From Dehalococcoidia bacterium (GTDB lineage: Bacteria; Chloroflexota; Dehalococcoidia; GIF9; UBA5629), in NCBI GenBank assembly GCA_050011565.1, contig JBEKIW010000005.1, positions 82,698 to 146,697 on the forward strand: a DNA stretch of 64,000 nucleotides. Direction: 5' to 3'. Each line of letters begins with the position of its first letter. Positions within the stretch are counted from its first letter, which is position 1. The position numbers were made by a program, and so were the translations under genes. The notes below the pieces were generated by a model. That model ran no database searches, was not told the DNA's origin, and saw only the letters and a list, made by a program, of their open reading frames with translations. Below, piece after piece: positions 1 to 10,739 of this stretch.

Positions 1-594
1 AAGCGATATAATCTTCTGGTGATTTCAGACGAAGTCTACTGCCGGCTCGTCTACGGTGTCGAGCATACCTGCCTGGCTACTTTACCGGGTATGAGAGAAC
101 GTACCATTCTATTGAACGGATTTTCCAAAGCCTATGCTATGACGGGATGGAGAATCGGCTACGCTACATGCGACAGGGAAATTGTGGGAGCCATGACCAA
201 AATTCACCAGTACACGATACTGTGTGCTTCCATAATGGGACAGATGGCCGCTCTTGAAGCTCTGAAAGTCGATGACCGCGAAGTAGACGCCATGGTGAGA
301 GATTACGACCGACGGCGCCGGGTTATCGTCAAGGGATTCAGAGACATCGGCTTGTCCTGCTTCGAGCCGAAGGGCGCTTTTTATGCTTTCCCTTCTATAA
401 AAGTCACCGGCATGACCTCGGAGGAATTTGCTGAAAAGCTGTTAATGGAAGAAAAAGTAGCAGTAGTACCCGGCTCCGCTTTCGGTCAGTGCGGTGAAGG
501 CTATATACGATGCTGCTATGCCACCTCCCTCCCCGATATTGAAGAAGCCCTCAAGAGAATGGGCAGATTCATAAATAGACATCGTAAAATATAA
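1..594 (+). CDS. PLP-dependent class I/II aminotransferase (5'-truncated by window edge)
   Basis: SDEVY, GFSKAYAMTGWRIGY (PLP lysine) and PKGAFY motifs; reading frame is open back to base 1. Confidence 0.93.
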   Translation, partial: KRYNLLVISDEVYCRLVYGVEHTCLATLPGMRERTILLNGFSKAYAMTGWRIGYATCDREIVGAMTKIHQYTILCASIMGQMAALEALKVDDREVDAMVRDYDRRRRVIVKGFRDIGLSCFEPKGAFYAFPSIKVTGMTSEEFAEKLLMEEKVAVVPGSAFGQCGEGYIRCCYATSLPDIEEALKRMGRFINRHRKI

Positions 595-642
595 TTATTG
601 AAAGCCAGGCAAACTAAGAATACCCCTAGCAGGATTAAAGCC

Positions 643-1806
643 ATGGATTTTCAATTAACCGAGGAACAGAATTTAACGCGTCAGGCTGTTCGAGATTTTG
701 CCGAAAAAGAAATAGCCCCCATCGCCAGAGAGCTGGATGAAAAAGAACACTTCTCCATTGAGCTGACGCAGAAAATGGCCGACCTGGGCCTGCTGGGTTG
801 CTTTGTCCCCGAAAAATACGGCGGCTCGAACATGGGCTATATCTCATATATCATCGTGGTCGAGGAACTGGCCAGGGTGGATGGTTCACAGGCGGCTACC
901 ATCGCTGCCGGAAACTCCTTAGGCATCGGACCAATCTACTACTTCGGCAACGAAAAGCAGAAGCAGGAATGGCTGCCCAGGCTGTGTTCAGGAAAAAATC
1001 TGGCAGCTTTTGGTCTCACCGAGCCTGAGGCCGGCTCTGACGCCGGCAGCTCTCGGACTGCGGCCGTGTTTAAAGGAGACCATTGGGTTATCAATGGCAG
1101 GAAAATATTTATCACCAACGCAGCCTGCCCCTTGACCGGCGTCATCGTCGTCCAGGCCGTGACCGGCAAGCCAGAGGCTGGACATGCAGAGCTCAGCTGC
1201 TTCATTGTCCCCAGAGATGCACCCGGCTTTACTGCCAAGGAAATGAAAGGCAAAATGATGTGGCGTTCGTCTAATACCGGAGAGCTTTTCTTTGACGACT
1301 GCATTGTTCCCAAGGAAAATCTTCTGGGGAAGATAGGCGATGGTTTCCATCAGATGCTGGCTACTTTAGATGGTGGGCGCCTGAGCATCGCTGCCATGGG
1401 ACTCGGTGGCTCTCAAGGAGCCTTCGAGATAGCTCTGGAGTATGCCAATTCGCGTATACAGTTCGGTAGACCTATCAGCTCATTCCAGGTCAACGCCTTT
1501 AAGCTAGCGGATATGGCACTCGAGCTCGAACTTGCCCGGAATTTTCTGTACAAGGTTTGCTGGATACGAGAAAACAATCTTCCCATCACCAAAGAGGCGG
1601 CAATGGCCAAGCTCTATTGCTCAGAGGTTATGCATCGTTGCGTTCACCAGGGTTTGCAGTTGCACGGCGGCTACGGGCTGATGAAGGATTTCAGGATAGA
1701 AAGGTTTTATCGAGACCAGAGGCTTCTCGAAATCGGTGAGGGAACGTCGGAGATTCTACGAATTGTGATTGCTCGACATATCGGTGCGGCTGGGAGGGCA
1801 ATCTAG
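643..1806 (+). CDS. acyl-CoA dehydrogenase
   Basis: FGLTEPEAGSD, WVINGRKIFITNA, R-x-QFG and IGEGTSEI motifs; ATG at 643 (MDFQLTEEQ) preferred over TTG at 598. Confidence 0.95.
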   Translation: MDFQLTEEQNLTRQAVRDFAEKEIAPIARELDEKEHFSIELTQKMADLGLLGCFVPEKYGGSNMGYISYIIVVEELARVDGSQAATIAAGNSLGIGPIYYFGNEKQKQEWLPRLCSGKNLAAFGLTEPEAGSDAGSSRTAAVFKGDHWVINGRKIFITNAACPLTGVIVVQAVTGKPEAGHAELSCFIVPRDAPGFTAKEMKGKMMWRSSNTGELFFDDCIVPKENLLGKIGDGFHQMLATLDGGRLSIAAMGLGGSQGAFEIALEYANSRIQFGRPISSFQVNAFKLADMALELELARNFLYKVCWIRENNLPITKEAAMAKLYCSEVMHRCVHQGLQLHGGYGLMKDFRIERFYRDQRLLEIGEGTSEILRIVIARHIGAAGRAI

Positions 1807-1815
1807 GAGGCACAT

Positions 1816-2502
1816 ATGACAACAAGTAAGGACTCTGGACCTGCCAACAAAATGAGCTCAGCCGGGAAGAAGCCTGCCAGACATGAAGATTTTATTACCG
1901 ATGCTTCCCGTATAGCACCTGCTAAAGCATTAAAGAAAGAGAAAGAAGCTCTAGGCGAACGAATACGAACAGCCCGTGAGATGCGCGGCCTCAGCCTCGA
2001 CGATATCAGCAGCCGGACCGGCATCGATGCGGCTACACTGAATCGTATTGAGTCAAATGAAATATTACCTCCGCTGGGCCAATTGATCAGGCTGGGTAAA
2101 GCCCTGGATATGAAAATGGGCTATTTCATATCTCCCGGCGTAGACAAACCTGTGACTGTGGTACGTAAAGGTCAAGGCCAGGCTGTAGCCCGGTATGGAA
2201 AAAAGAAGAGCCAGCAATACGGATATATTTATGAATCTTTAGCCCCTGAAAAAGCTAACCGAATGATGGAGCCATTTATTGTGACTCTGCTGCCAACTGA
2301 TGCGGAGGAGTTCTCCACCCACGACGGTCAGGAGTTTATCTATGTTCTGGAAGGTGAAATGAAAGTCCAGGTTGGAGACTGCACTGAGCTTCTGCATCCA
2401 GGAGACGCTGTCTATTACGATTCCACTCAACCTCATCTGGTCAAGTCCGCCACCAGGGCCAAGACCACGATACTCGCCGTCTTATACACTGGGACTAAAT
2501 AG
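1816..2502 (+). CDS. XRE-family HTH regulator with C-terminal cupin domain
   Basis: LGERIRTARE...LNRIE HTH; HDGQEFIYVLEG...GDAVYYDSTQPH cupin; AGGAGG RBS. Confidence 0.92.
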   Translation: MTTSKDSGPANKMSSAGKKPARHEDFITDASRIAPAKALKKEKEALGERIRTAREMRGLSLDDISSRTGIDAATLNRIESNEILPPLGQLIRLGKALDMKMGYFISPGVDKPVTVVRKGQGQAVARYGKKKSQQYGYIYESLAPEKANRMMEPFIVTLLPTDAEEFSTHDGQEFIYVLEGEMKVQVGDCTELLHPGDAVYYDSTQPHLVKSATRAKTTILAVLYTGTK

Positions 2503-2604
2503 CCAAGTCCAAAGGCACGATAGCGCTCGGGAAAAAATACAACTGGACAAAGGAAAACAAGATAAATTGGAGATTAGTAATGTCGGCAATGGCCAGTAAA
2601 GCAC

Positions 2605-4032
2605 CTACGAAGGAACTATCATACGTCTGTCTGCCTTATCGCCGTTTCTAATCTCGTCATCCTGATAGTATTTATATATACCCCGTCCCTGCTCCTTGGC
2701 CAAGTACATGGCGGAGTCAGCATTCTTCAATAGGTGTTCAATTTCTATGCCATCATCGGGATAAACAGCAATGCCGATGCTGGTTGTGACCTGCAGCCGA
2801 TGGCGGCCGAAAACAAATGGCTCTTGAAAGGCATTTAAGATTCTCTGAGCGAACTTGGTAACGTCATCTATGCAGGAGATTTGAGGAAGTACCAGAACAA
2901 ACTCGTCGCCACCTATACGGGAGATAGTATCGCTGTTACGTATGATACTTGATAACCGCTGCCCGACAGCTTTCAACAGCTCGTCGCCGACGCTGTGCCC
3001 CATGGCGTCGTTAACCGCCTTAAATCTGTCCAGGTCAAGCATTAGAGCTGCCACCCGGTGACCGTTTCGCCGTGCCAGAGCCGTCCCTACCATAAGCCGG
3101 TCACTTAACAATATCCTGTTAGGCAGGCCGGTAAGCGAGTCATGAGTTGCCATCTCAGCAAGCTTTTCCTCAAACTGCTTGCGTTCTGTAATATCACGGC
3201 TGACTGACCGGAACCCGATAATCTTTCCTTCCTTATTTCGCAACGGAGAAATTGAGTTTTCTAAAAATATGTGCGCCCCGTCTTTTCTTATACTGGCAAA
3301 AAGAAACGACTTCAACGCCTCGCCTGTACGATAAACTTTATTCCAAGCCCTATAAACATTCTTAACATCTACTTTGGGCACATAGACCTTATAATTCAAT
3401 CCCATTAGCTCTTCCCTTGAGTATCCTAACTGGCGGCAAGCCGAATCATTCACGAAGGTGAAGTTGCCCGCAAGGTCTACTTCATAGTAGCCTTCTTCTA
3501 TTTCCTCCAGTATGGCACGGTACCTCGCCTCCGACCTCCTTAAAGCTTCCTCCATATGCAAACGTTCGGTAACATCACGACCAATGCCGCGGAATCCAAC
3601 AACTTCTCCTTTTTCATTTCTCAAGGGAAAGACCGAGCTTTCGGTAAATATTCGTTTTCCATCCTTTCTAATTTGTTCCATGAGAAACAGTTCGTTAGGA
3701 TTACCTGTCTGATGTACTTGCTTGTTAAGCTCAGACTGCTTCTTAACGTGCTCGGGCGGAGTGTAAACTCGATAATTCATCCCCATGAGCTCTTCTCTGG
3801 AATAACCCAGCTGGCGGCACAAAGCATCGTTGAAAAAGGTGAAGTTGCCGTCAAGGTCCGTTTCATAGTAGGACTCCTTCATGTCCTCCATTATGATCCG
3901 ATATTTATCTTCTAACGTCAAAACAGTCTCTTCCAATCTCACTTTTTCGGTAGCCCCCGTAAAGCTTCCCATATCGATTCCTTCTCCTCTGTGACCAGTT
4001 AGTGACCTTGGATAATGCTCGATCGTCTCCAA
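2605..4032 (-). CDS. PAS-PAS-GGDEF diguanylate cyclase
   Basis: Two PAS/PAC repeats, HDSLTGLPNR, DLDRFKAVND and intact RIGGDEF. Confidence 0.95.
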   Translation of the reverse strand: METIEHYPRSLTGHRGEGIDMGSFTGATEKVRLEETVLTLEDKYRIIMEDMKESYYETDLDGNFTFFNDALCRQLGYSREELMGMNYRVYTPPEHVKKQSELNKQVHQTGNPNELFLMEQIRKDGKRIFTESSVFPLRNEKGEVVGFRGIGRDVTERLHMEEALRRSEARYRAILEEIEEGYYEVDLAGNFTFVNDSACRQLGYSREELMGLNYKVYVPKVDVKNVYRAWNKVYRTGEALKSFLFASIRKDGAHIFLENSISPLRNKEGKIIGFRSVSRDITERKQFEEKLAEMATHDSLTGLPNRILLSDRLMVGTALARRNGHRVAALMLDLDRFKAVNDAMGHSVGDELLKAVGQRLSSIIRNSDTISRIGGDEFVLVLPQISCIDDVTKFAQRILNAFQEPFVFGRHRLQVTTSIGIAVYPDDGIEIEHLLKNADSAMYLAKEQGRGIYKYYQDDEIRNGDKADRRMIVPS

Positions 4033-4050
4033 TTTCCCTTCACTTTACAG

Positions 4051-4320
4051 TTATTCAGCTCCTGGAGGGTGCATTATGAAATTATGGTTTTCTATCCGGG
4101 CTAATGTAAATATCTGTTCCGGTACAATGCACACGTAGTCCCCCGCTTCAGAGGACGGCAAGTTTACTTGCTGTAATCTTTCATTCTGTGCCAAGTAGAC
4201 GTCCGGACTGGCGCAGCTTACCAGTGTTTGAGCCAACTGTGTTAACCGGTCTCTCCTGGATTTTTTACGTTCAACCATCTTTTGCATATAATTTTTACCC
4301 CCTTTATCAATTAGTCCCAT
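4051..4320 (-). CDS. small hypothetical protein upstream of the cyclase
   Basis: 89-aa ORF, co-oriented and 18 bp from the cyclase start; no recognised motif; start may be the internal Met. Confidence 0.45.
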   Translation of the reverse strand: MGLIDKGGKNYMQKMVERKKSRRDRLTQLAQTLVSCASPDVYLAQNERLQQVNLPSSEAGDYVCIVPEQIFTLARIENHNFIMHPPGAE

Positions 4321-4450
4321 AGAGCTAATCTAAATATACTACCATCTGGCGCTGTAGTGAATAGCCCATAGGTAACTTTAGACATAGTGAAAAGGTACCC
4401 ATACTATTGGTTAAGCTTACGGGTTAAAAGGTAGGATATGTAGGCACTGG

Positions 4451-5245
4451 TTATTGCCCAAAATGCTGCAGAAATTCACGTTGAAGTCTGAGATTCGAAG
4501 CCACAAGCTCCGCATCTTGAAAATTAGCCCGTCTGCCCTGCCAATCTACCACTTCGCCACCCGCCTCTCTAACTAGCAGCAGGCCACTGGCAATGTCCCA
4601 GGGAAAGAGATAACGGTGAAAGTAAAGGCTGACTCTGCCGCAGGCGACATAAGCTAAGCCGAGTGATGATGAACCCATTAGTCTGACACAATGCACCTGT
4701 CCCCAAATCCGGTTAACCGTATCGAGCATCTGCCTGCCCCGGTCATGGCTATAGCCAAGGTCGAGACCTACGAGGGACTCCTGGAGGGAACTTATTGTGG
4801 TTACGCGAATCGGGGACTCATTAAGATAAGCCCCTTTTCCAGTCTCAACGTGAAAGAGCTCTACCCTCACCGGGTCATAGGTTACTCCCAACAGGATATC
4901 CTCATCCCGAACCAGAGCGATGTTTACGCAGAAAAAGGGAATGCCGAAGGTATAATTGTTGGTGCCATCCAAAGGATCGACAACCCAGGTGTAATTGTCG
5001 ATCGGGGTTGAGGAATGCGATTCTTCGGAGAGGATGCCGAAATCCGGATATTCCCTTTTTAAAAAATCTATTATGAACTTTTCAGACAGAATGTCAGCAT
5101 CAGTAACGAGATTACCCTGGCTTTTACGTTTTACATGTTTTACAGAGCCGAAATGAGCCAGGAGAATTTCGCCAGCTTCTTTAGCCGCTGCGCTAGCTAC
5201 TTCAAGGGCACTTTTGCCGCTCGTGGCAAGGGGCAAATTGGACAT
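4451..5245 (-). CDS. suhB: inositol monophosphatase family protein (SuhB-like)
   Basis: LVTDAD, SEE, WVVDPLDGTNNY and PWDIASG motifs. Confidence 0.88.
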   Translation of the reverse strand: MSNLPLATSGKSALEVASAAAKEAGEILLAHFGSVKHVKRKSQGNLVTDADILSEKFIIDFLKREYPDFGILSEESHSSTPIDNYTWVVDPLDGTNNYTFGIPFFCVNIALVRDEDILLGVTYDPVRVELFHVETGKGAYLNESPIRVTTISSLQESLVGLDLGYSHDRGRQMLDTVNRIWGQVHCVRLMGSSSLGLAYVACGRVSLYFHRYLFPWDIASGLLLVREAGGEVVDWQGRRANFQDAELVASNLRLQREFLQHFGQ

Positions 5246-5254
5246 AGCGAAACT

Positions 5255-6241
5255 TCACACGTCCCGCGGAAGTAGCCCCATCTTTTCTTTTACTTCGGCT
5301 AAGGTCTTTTGGGCGATTACCTTGGCCCGCTTGGCTCCATCAGCCAGGACTTCGTTTACATATTCCGGCCTGGCAGCAAACGAGGCTCTTCTCTCTCTCA
5401 GAGGCGCCAGCGCTTTATTTATCCCCTCGGCAAGTAATCCCTTGCAGTCGACACAGCCTATGTCCGCCGAACGGCATCGACTGGTTATCTCGTCTACCTG
5501 TCCGGTATTAAAGAAGCGATGGAGACTGAATACGTTACACACCTCCGGATGGCCGACATCCGAACGATATTTTCGGGCAGGGTCGGTTACTGCCGTCATC
5601 ACTAGCTTCTTTGTCTCCTCCGGAGTAGCCGCCAGCTCGATAACGTTATTGTAGCTCTTGCCCATCTTCTGAGCGCCGTTCAGCCCCAACACCATGGGAA
5701 AAGAGGTCAGCTTGGCCTGCGGTTCAGGAAAAGTATCCCCGAATAGAGAATTAAACCGCCGGGCTATTTCCCGCGCCAGCTCAAGATGCGGCAATTGGTC
5801 CTCCCCTACAGGAACCACTTCGGCCTTATATAGCACTATATCGGCAGTCATTAACACGGGGTAGCCCACAAGTCCGTAGTTGACATTTTGAGGCTGCATA
5901 CGTGCCTTCTCTTTGAAAGTAGGTACACGCAATAACCAGCCTAACGGCGTAATCATGCCCAGTAGCGTATAAAGTTCCATCACCTCAGGAACGTGCGATT
6001 GAACAAAGATAATGCTTTTCTTGGGGTCGAGACCGGCAGCCAGCCAGTCAAGCATCATCTCATGTATATCCTGCTGAAGTCTATTAGTGTTCTCTAAGGT
6101 CGTTAACGCATGGATATCAACTATGCAATAAATGCATTCATATTCATCTTGTAGAGCAACATAATTTTGAATGGCACCCAGATAATTGCCTATGTGCTGC
6201 CTGCCGGTGGGTCGGGCACCGGAAAAAACGCGCTTTTTCAT
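5255..6241 (-). CDS. trpS: tryptophan--tRNA ligase
   Basis: HIGNYLGA (HIGH), GYPVLMTADI, VPVGEDQ and KMGKS. Confidence 0.97.
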   Translation of the reverse strand: MKKRVFSGARPTGRQHIGNYLGAIQNYVALQDEYECIYCIVDIHALTTLENTNRLQQDIHEMMLDWLAAGLDPKKSIIFVQSHVPEVMELYTLLGMITPLGWLLRVPTFKEKARMQPQNVNYGLVGYPVLMTADIVLYKAEVVPVGEDQLPHLELAREIARRFNSLFGDTFPEPQAKLTSFPMVLGLNGAQKMGKSYNNVIELAATPEETKKLVMTAVTDPARKYRSDVGHPEVCNVFSLHRFFNTGQVDEITSRCRSADIGCVDCKGLLAEGINKALAPLRERRASFAARPEYVNEVLADGAKRAKVIAQKTLAEVKEKMGLLPRDV

Positions 6242-6304
6242 GATTCGTGCCAGTTTAGCATAAAGCGTATTCAGCTACAAACTGAGGTTTGAGGATGTTT
6301 AACC

Positions 6305-6390
6305 GTCGTCGCGAGAAGCCCTTCCGCGGGAGGGCAACATGGCAATGCCAGTCAAATACCAAAGCGGATTTGCATTACACCAGAATGACA
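6305..6390. repeat. REP-like palindromic element, copy A (degenerate)
   Basis: GTCGTCGCGAG...GCCCTTCC-GC-GGGAGGGC hairpin...TGGCAAT...AGAATGAC; the internal hairpin is shared with the copy at 27674. Confidence 0.55.
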
Positions 6391-6401
6391 AACGGGGGTG
6401 G

Positions 6402-8063
6402 CTACATGCTTTCAGGGGCTGTCATACCCATAAGATGAAGCGTTCTGGCCAGGACAATCTGCGCTGCCTTGACCAACTTAAGTCGAGCTTGGGTCAGCTC
6501 CTGGTTTTTTGAAACAACCCGACATTGTTTGTAAAAGCTGTGGAAAACGGTGGCTAAATCTTGAGCATAGTAAGGCAAATGATGCGGCTCCAGTGTATCG
6601 GAAATTAGCTCTGCTATTTCCGGCAGCCTGGTCATTCGACGTATCAAAGTTAATTCCGGCTCGGTGGCAAGTAAGGAGACATCGCCTCGACTGTAATCGA
6701 TTCCCCTTTCTTCAGCCAGACAAAGGATGCTGGAAATGCGAGCGTGAGCATATTGAACGTAATAAACCGGATTATCCGCCGATTGCTTCTTGGCTAGCTC
6801 CAAATCAAAATCCATCTGGGCATCGGCGGAACGAGATAGGAAGACAAAGCGACAGGCATCAGGACCAACCTCGTCTATTACCTCCCGCAGGGTGATCATG
6901 TCACCGCTGCGCTTTGAGACTCTGACTACCTGCTGCCCGCGGCGGAGTGTGACTAATTGACAGATTATGACCTTCAGCCGTTTGGGGTTTATTCCCAGAG
7001 CATTGACCACAGCCATCATGCGGGAAACATGCCCCTGATGGTCCGCTCCCCAGATATCGATCACGCTTTCGAACTTTCGCTCCAGGAATTTATTGAAATG
7101 ATAGGCGATATCTGAAGCGAAATATGTGGGAGAGCCATCACTGCGTATCAAGACATTATCTTTGTCTTCACCCAGTGCCGAAGATATAAACCAGGTGGCA
7201 TTTTCCTTCTCCGCTACATAACCGCCTTTTGTCAACATCTTCATAACCTTTTCATATTGGCCATTTTTGTACAGGCTCTGTTCACTGAACCAGACATCAA
7301 ACTCCACATCCAGCAATTCGAGGTCTTTTTTAATCATGTCCATTATCCTGGTAACCCCGAGCATTCCCAGTTCCCGAATAGCTGCGTCTGCAGGCATTGT
7401 CGAAAGGCGTTTGCCTTCCTTCTTTATTATCTCTTTGGCCAGGTCGACCATGTAGTTTCCCAGGTAGCCGTCGCTCGGCATGTCAACATCGATACCCAGA
7501 CATTGTTGGTATCGCGCGTAAAGAGACCGTTTAAAGGCATCTAACTGGCTGCCGGCATCATTGATATAGTATTCCTTCTCTACCGCGTACCCGGCGGCGC
7601 TGAGCACATTAGCCAGGGTACTTCCCAGAACAGCGCCGCGCCCGTGTCCGACATGTAGCGGCCCGGTGGGGTTTACACTTACAAACTCAATCTGAACTGG
7701 CTTTCCCGCACCCAGGTCTATATTTCCGTAAGAATCGCCGGCATCCAGAATAGCGGCTACCTGTTCCGTAAGCCAACCGGTACTGAGACTAAAATTGATA
7801 AAGCCCGGGGAAGCAACGACTATTTTGGAGACTTCAGGCAAAGGAGGCATAAATTCTATGATTTTCTCGGCGATTGCCGGAGGAGCTTTCTCCGTCGTTC
7901 TTGCCAGCTTGAGCGGCAGACTGGAAGCATAGTCGCCATGCTCAGGATTCTGCGGGCGTTCTACCACGATCTCAGGTAAAGCTGTGGCAGCCAGGACTCC
8001 TTCTTGTTGAGCCGCTCTTGCAGCCTGCTCCAGGACCTTAGCCAGTTTGTGTTTGATAAACAT
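6402..8063 (-). CDS. argS: arginine--tRNA ligase
   Basis: [27 protein letters not shown] and [12 protein letters not shown]. Confidence 0.97.
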   Translation of the reverse strand: MFIKHKLAKVLEQAARAAQQEGVLAATALPEIVVERPQNPEHGDYASSLPLKLARTTEKAPPAIAEKIIEFMPPLPEVSKIVVASPGFINFSLSTGWLTEQVAAILDAGDSYGNIDLGAGKPVQIEFVSVNPTGPLHVGHGRGAVLGSTLANVLSAAGYAVEKEYYINDAGSQLDAFKRSLYARYQQCLGIDVDMPSDGYLGNYMVDLAKEIIKKEGKRLSTMPADAAIRELGMLGVTRIMDMIKKDLELLDVEFDVWFSEQSLYKNGQYEKVMKMLTKGGYVAEKENATWFISSALGEDKDNVLIRSDGSPTYFASDIAYHFNKFLERKFESVIDIWGADHQGHVSRMMAVVNALGINPKRLKVIICQLVTLRRGQQVVRVSKRSGDMITLREVIDEVGPDACRFVFLSRSADAQMDFDLELAKKQSADNPVYYVQYAHARISSILCLAEERGIDYSRGDVSLLATEPELTLIRRMTRLPEIAELISDTLEPHHLPYYAQDLATVFHSFYKQCRVVSKNQELTQARLKLVKAAQIVLARTLHLMGMTAPESM

Positions 8064-8086
8064 TAATCCTCTGAATAATAGACGCT

Positions 8087-8114
8087 GAGATTATTCGCCG
8101 TGCTCTGAGTGACA
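8087..8114 (-). repeat. REP-like element, copy B
   Basis: Reverse complement TGTCACTCAGAGCACGGCGAATAATCTC matches the 22583 copy at 22 of 28 positions. Confidence 0.6.
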
Positions 8115-8169
8115 AAATGGGATTAGCGAATACCCCTATATAATAGAACTACTATACATAACTTGCAAA

Positions 8170-10641
8170 TCAGCTCAATTCACCGCCCGTTTGCCAAACT
8201 CTGGACAGCTCCTGAGCTAACAGTTTATGTTCCGGCATAGTGAGGCCCGAATCCTTCTGGAAAAGAGCGATGGCCTCATTTCGAGCTAATTCCAGAAGTG
8301 GCGTGTCAGATAGTCTGGCCATGCGGAGGTCAGGCAAACCGCTCTGTCGAGTGCCGAAGAATTCACCCGGCCCTCTTAGCTCTAAATCTTTCTCGGCTAA
8401 AACAAAACCATCTTGAATTCCCTCTATAGCCTGTAATCTCTCGCTGCCCTCGGGCGACGGCTTCTCTGCCAGAAGCAAGCAGTAACTTTGCTTCTCACCC
8501 CGCCCTACTCGACCGCGAAATTGATGCAACTGCGATAGGCCAAAACGGTCGGCAGCCTCTATCAGCATAACACTAGCATTAGGAACATCGATGCCGACCT
8601 CTACTACAGGCGTGGATACAAGAATATCGAGCTTTCCGTCCCTGAAGCTCTTCATCGCTTTATCCTTCTCAGCGATTGCCATCCGGCCGTGTAGTAAGCC
8701 GAGTTTCAAGTCAGGGAAAACTTCCTGCGACAACCGTTCATATTCGGCCACCGCCGCTTTAGCTTCGATGCTTTCTGATTCTTCGATTAAAGGACAGATT
8801 ATGAATGCCTGCGCGCCGGCGGTAATTTCCCGGCGGAGAAAATCATAAGCTCTGGCTCTCTGCTCCGGTTTAAGCCATTTTGTTTTTATCTCTTTCCGAC
8901 CAGGAGGTAATTCATCTATGACCGAAAGGTCTAAATCGCCGTAAAGCGTCAAGGCCAATGTCCGCGGAATAGGTGTAGCCGACATCACCAGTATGTGGGG
9001 ATTAAATCCTTTCTGGCGTAAAGCTAAGCGCTGCAAAACACCAAAGCGATGCTGCTCATCTATCACTACCAGCCCCAGCCTGGAAAACTCCACGGCCCTT
9101 TGAATTAGAGCGTGCGTGCCGATGACGATATCCACCTTGCCTGATTCAATTTCCTCATGTAAAGCTGATTTTTGCTTTTCGCTCAGACTTCCCGTTAATA
9201 GGGCAAAAGTGATTGGATGCAAAAAGAGTCCGTAGTAGCGACAAAGGTTATCTTGTTCTTCCTTCCGTTCGCTCACCTTGGATAGAAGTTGGCACATGCT
9301 GCGGAAGTGCTGCTCAGCTAGTATCTCGGTTGGCGCCATTAACGCTCCCTGGTAACCGTTATCGGCTGCCGCCAACAAAGCGGTTACAGCCACTACAGTT
9401 TTGCCGCTGCCCACTTCACCCTGGAGAAGACGTGACATAGGCCGCGTTTCTTGCAGGTCGCCGAGGATTTGTTGCAGCACCCGCTGCTGCGCACCGGTCA
9501 AAGTAAACGGCAGGGAACGCAGAAACTTGTCGATGTTCTCTCCGATTGCCTTAAAGGCGTTTCCGGGTTGACTTTCCTGCCAGTCCCGCTTCTTGCCGAG
9601 CACACCCAATTGAATAAGGAAAAGCTCATCGAAAGCCAGACGCCTCCTGGCTTCAGCCTTTAGCGAATAGCTATCCGGATAATGAGTCTGGATAATCGCT
9701 TCCGGCAAATCTATCAGTTTGAACCTGCTTTTCGTCTCCTGTGGCAGAAAATCTGTCATCTGACATACCCAATTATCGAGGGCTCTCTTCACCATATTTC
9801 TGACCTGTCGGGGATACAGGCCCCGTGTTAAGGGGTAGACGGGAACCAAACGACCGGTATGAATTAGCTCCTTGTCCTCAACCAACTCCCATTCCGGCGA
9901 TTCTAATACTTTATTTCCCTTGAATTCCGATACCCTGCCGCTGAGGACTACTTGAGCGTTGGTGCGAAAATTCTTAGCCAGGTACGGCTGATTAAACCAG
10001 ACCGCCCTCATATTTCCGGTCTCATCGCCAACAATGACTTCAGTGCCCTGTTGAGGTCCCAGCCTGGCCATTCGAGCTTCCCATACCGTAGCCAAAATAG
10101 TTTGTTCCTCACCCACCACAAGCTCGGCAATGGTTTTCCTCTGACTGTAATCAAGATGGCGCCTGGGGAAAAAGTAAAGTAAGTCACGAATTGTCTGAAC
10201 TCCAAGCTTGGCCAGCTTGCCGGCTGAACTGGCGGCAATGCCTTTCACAGTAGTTACCGGCGAGTCTAAAACTTTGTCTCCACGCGAGGAACAGACCGCA
10301 GAACCGGTAGTTTTACGGTTGACCGCTGTGGCGCGAGCCCGACTCTTTTTCGCCGGCACCGTTTCGACCAATGTCTCCACTCGAGCCAGCCAATCTATAA
10401 CATCTTTGACCCACGCTTTACGCTTATCCAGGTCCCAACCGGCATAATCAGAATCAGCCAGGCAAAGTTCGGTGAAACGGGATAAAGGCTCAGGCGAGTT
10501 TATCCTGTTTCTGGTTTCACTCGCCCATTTACGGAGATACTTGTCAAGTCCACCCAGCACCGTAGTGTTGGCATAATTTCTCTGGCCTTCCATCTGGAGA
10601 ATGGTTCGAAGAGGCTCGACATTAATGAGGGGAATTGTCAC
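8170..10641 (-). CDS. recG: ATP-dependent DNA helicase RecG
   Basis: Wedge OB domain, GEVGSGKT, DEQHRFG, SATPIPRT, QFRGRVGR and RGPGEFFGTRQSG. Confidence 0.97.
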   Translation of the reverse strand: MTIPLINVEPLRTILQMEGQRNYANTTVLGGLDKYLRKWASETRNRINSPEPLSRFTELCLADSDYAGWDLDKRKAWVKDVIDWLARVETLVETVPAKKSRARATAVNRKTTGSAVCSSRGDKVLDSPVTTVKGIAASSAGKLAKLGVQTIRDLLYFFPRRHLDYSQRKTIAELVVGEEQTILATVWEARMARLGPQQGTEVIVGDETGNMRAVWFNQPYLAKNFRTNAQVVLSGRVSEFKGNKVLESPEWELVEDKELIHTGRLVPVYPLTRGLYPRQVRNMVKRALDNWVCQMTDFLPQETKSRFKLIDLPEAIIQTHYPDSYSLKAEARRRLAFDELFLIQLGVLGKKRDWQESQPGNAFKAIGENIDKFLRSLPFTLTGAQQRVLQQILGDLQETRPMSRLLQGEVGSGKTVVAVTALLAAADNGYQGALMAPTEILAEQHFRSMCQLLSKVSERKEEQDNLCRYYGLFLHPITFALLTGSLSEKQKSALHEEIESGKVDIVIGTHALIQRAVEFSRLGLVVIDEQHRFGVLQRLALRQKGFNPHILVMSATPIPRTLALTLYGDLDLSVIDELPPGRKEIKTKWLKPEQRARAYDFLRREITAGAQAFIICPLIEESESIEAKAAVAEYERLSQEVFPDLKLGLLHGRMAIAEKDKAMKSFRDGKLDILVSTPVVEVGIDVPNASVMLIEAADRFGLSQLHQFRGRVGRGEKQSYCLLLAEKPSPEGSERLQAIEGIQDGFVLAEKDLELRGPGEFFGTRQSGLPDLRMARLSDTPLLELARNEAIALFQKDSGLTMPEHKLLAQELSRVWQTGGELS

Positions 10642-10739
10642 TGACCTTAACCTTTTCTAATTGCCGGCAGAAAAAAGACTGGTACTGTTTTAATTCTCAA
10701 TGCCGGTAAAAATTGCTCTGGAGAAAAACCTACAAAACA

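Noticed and set aside
6242-6401. T-box leader for trpS
   Set aside because: No T-box consensus seen; the region is short and occupied by a REP-like copy.
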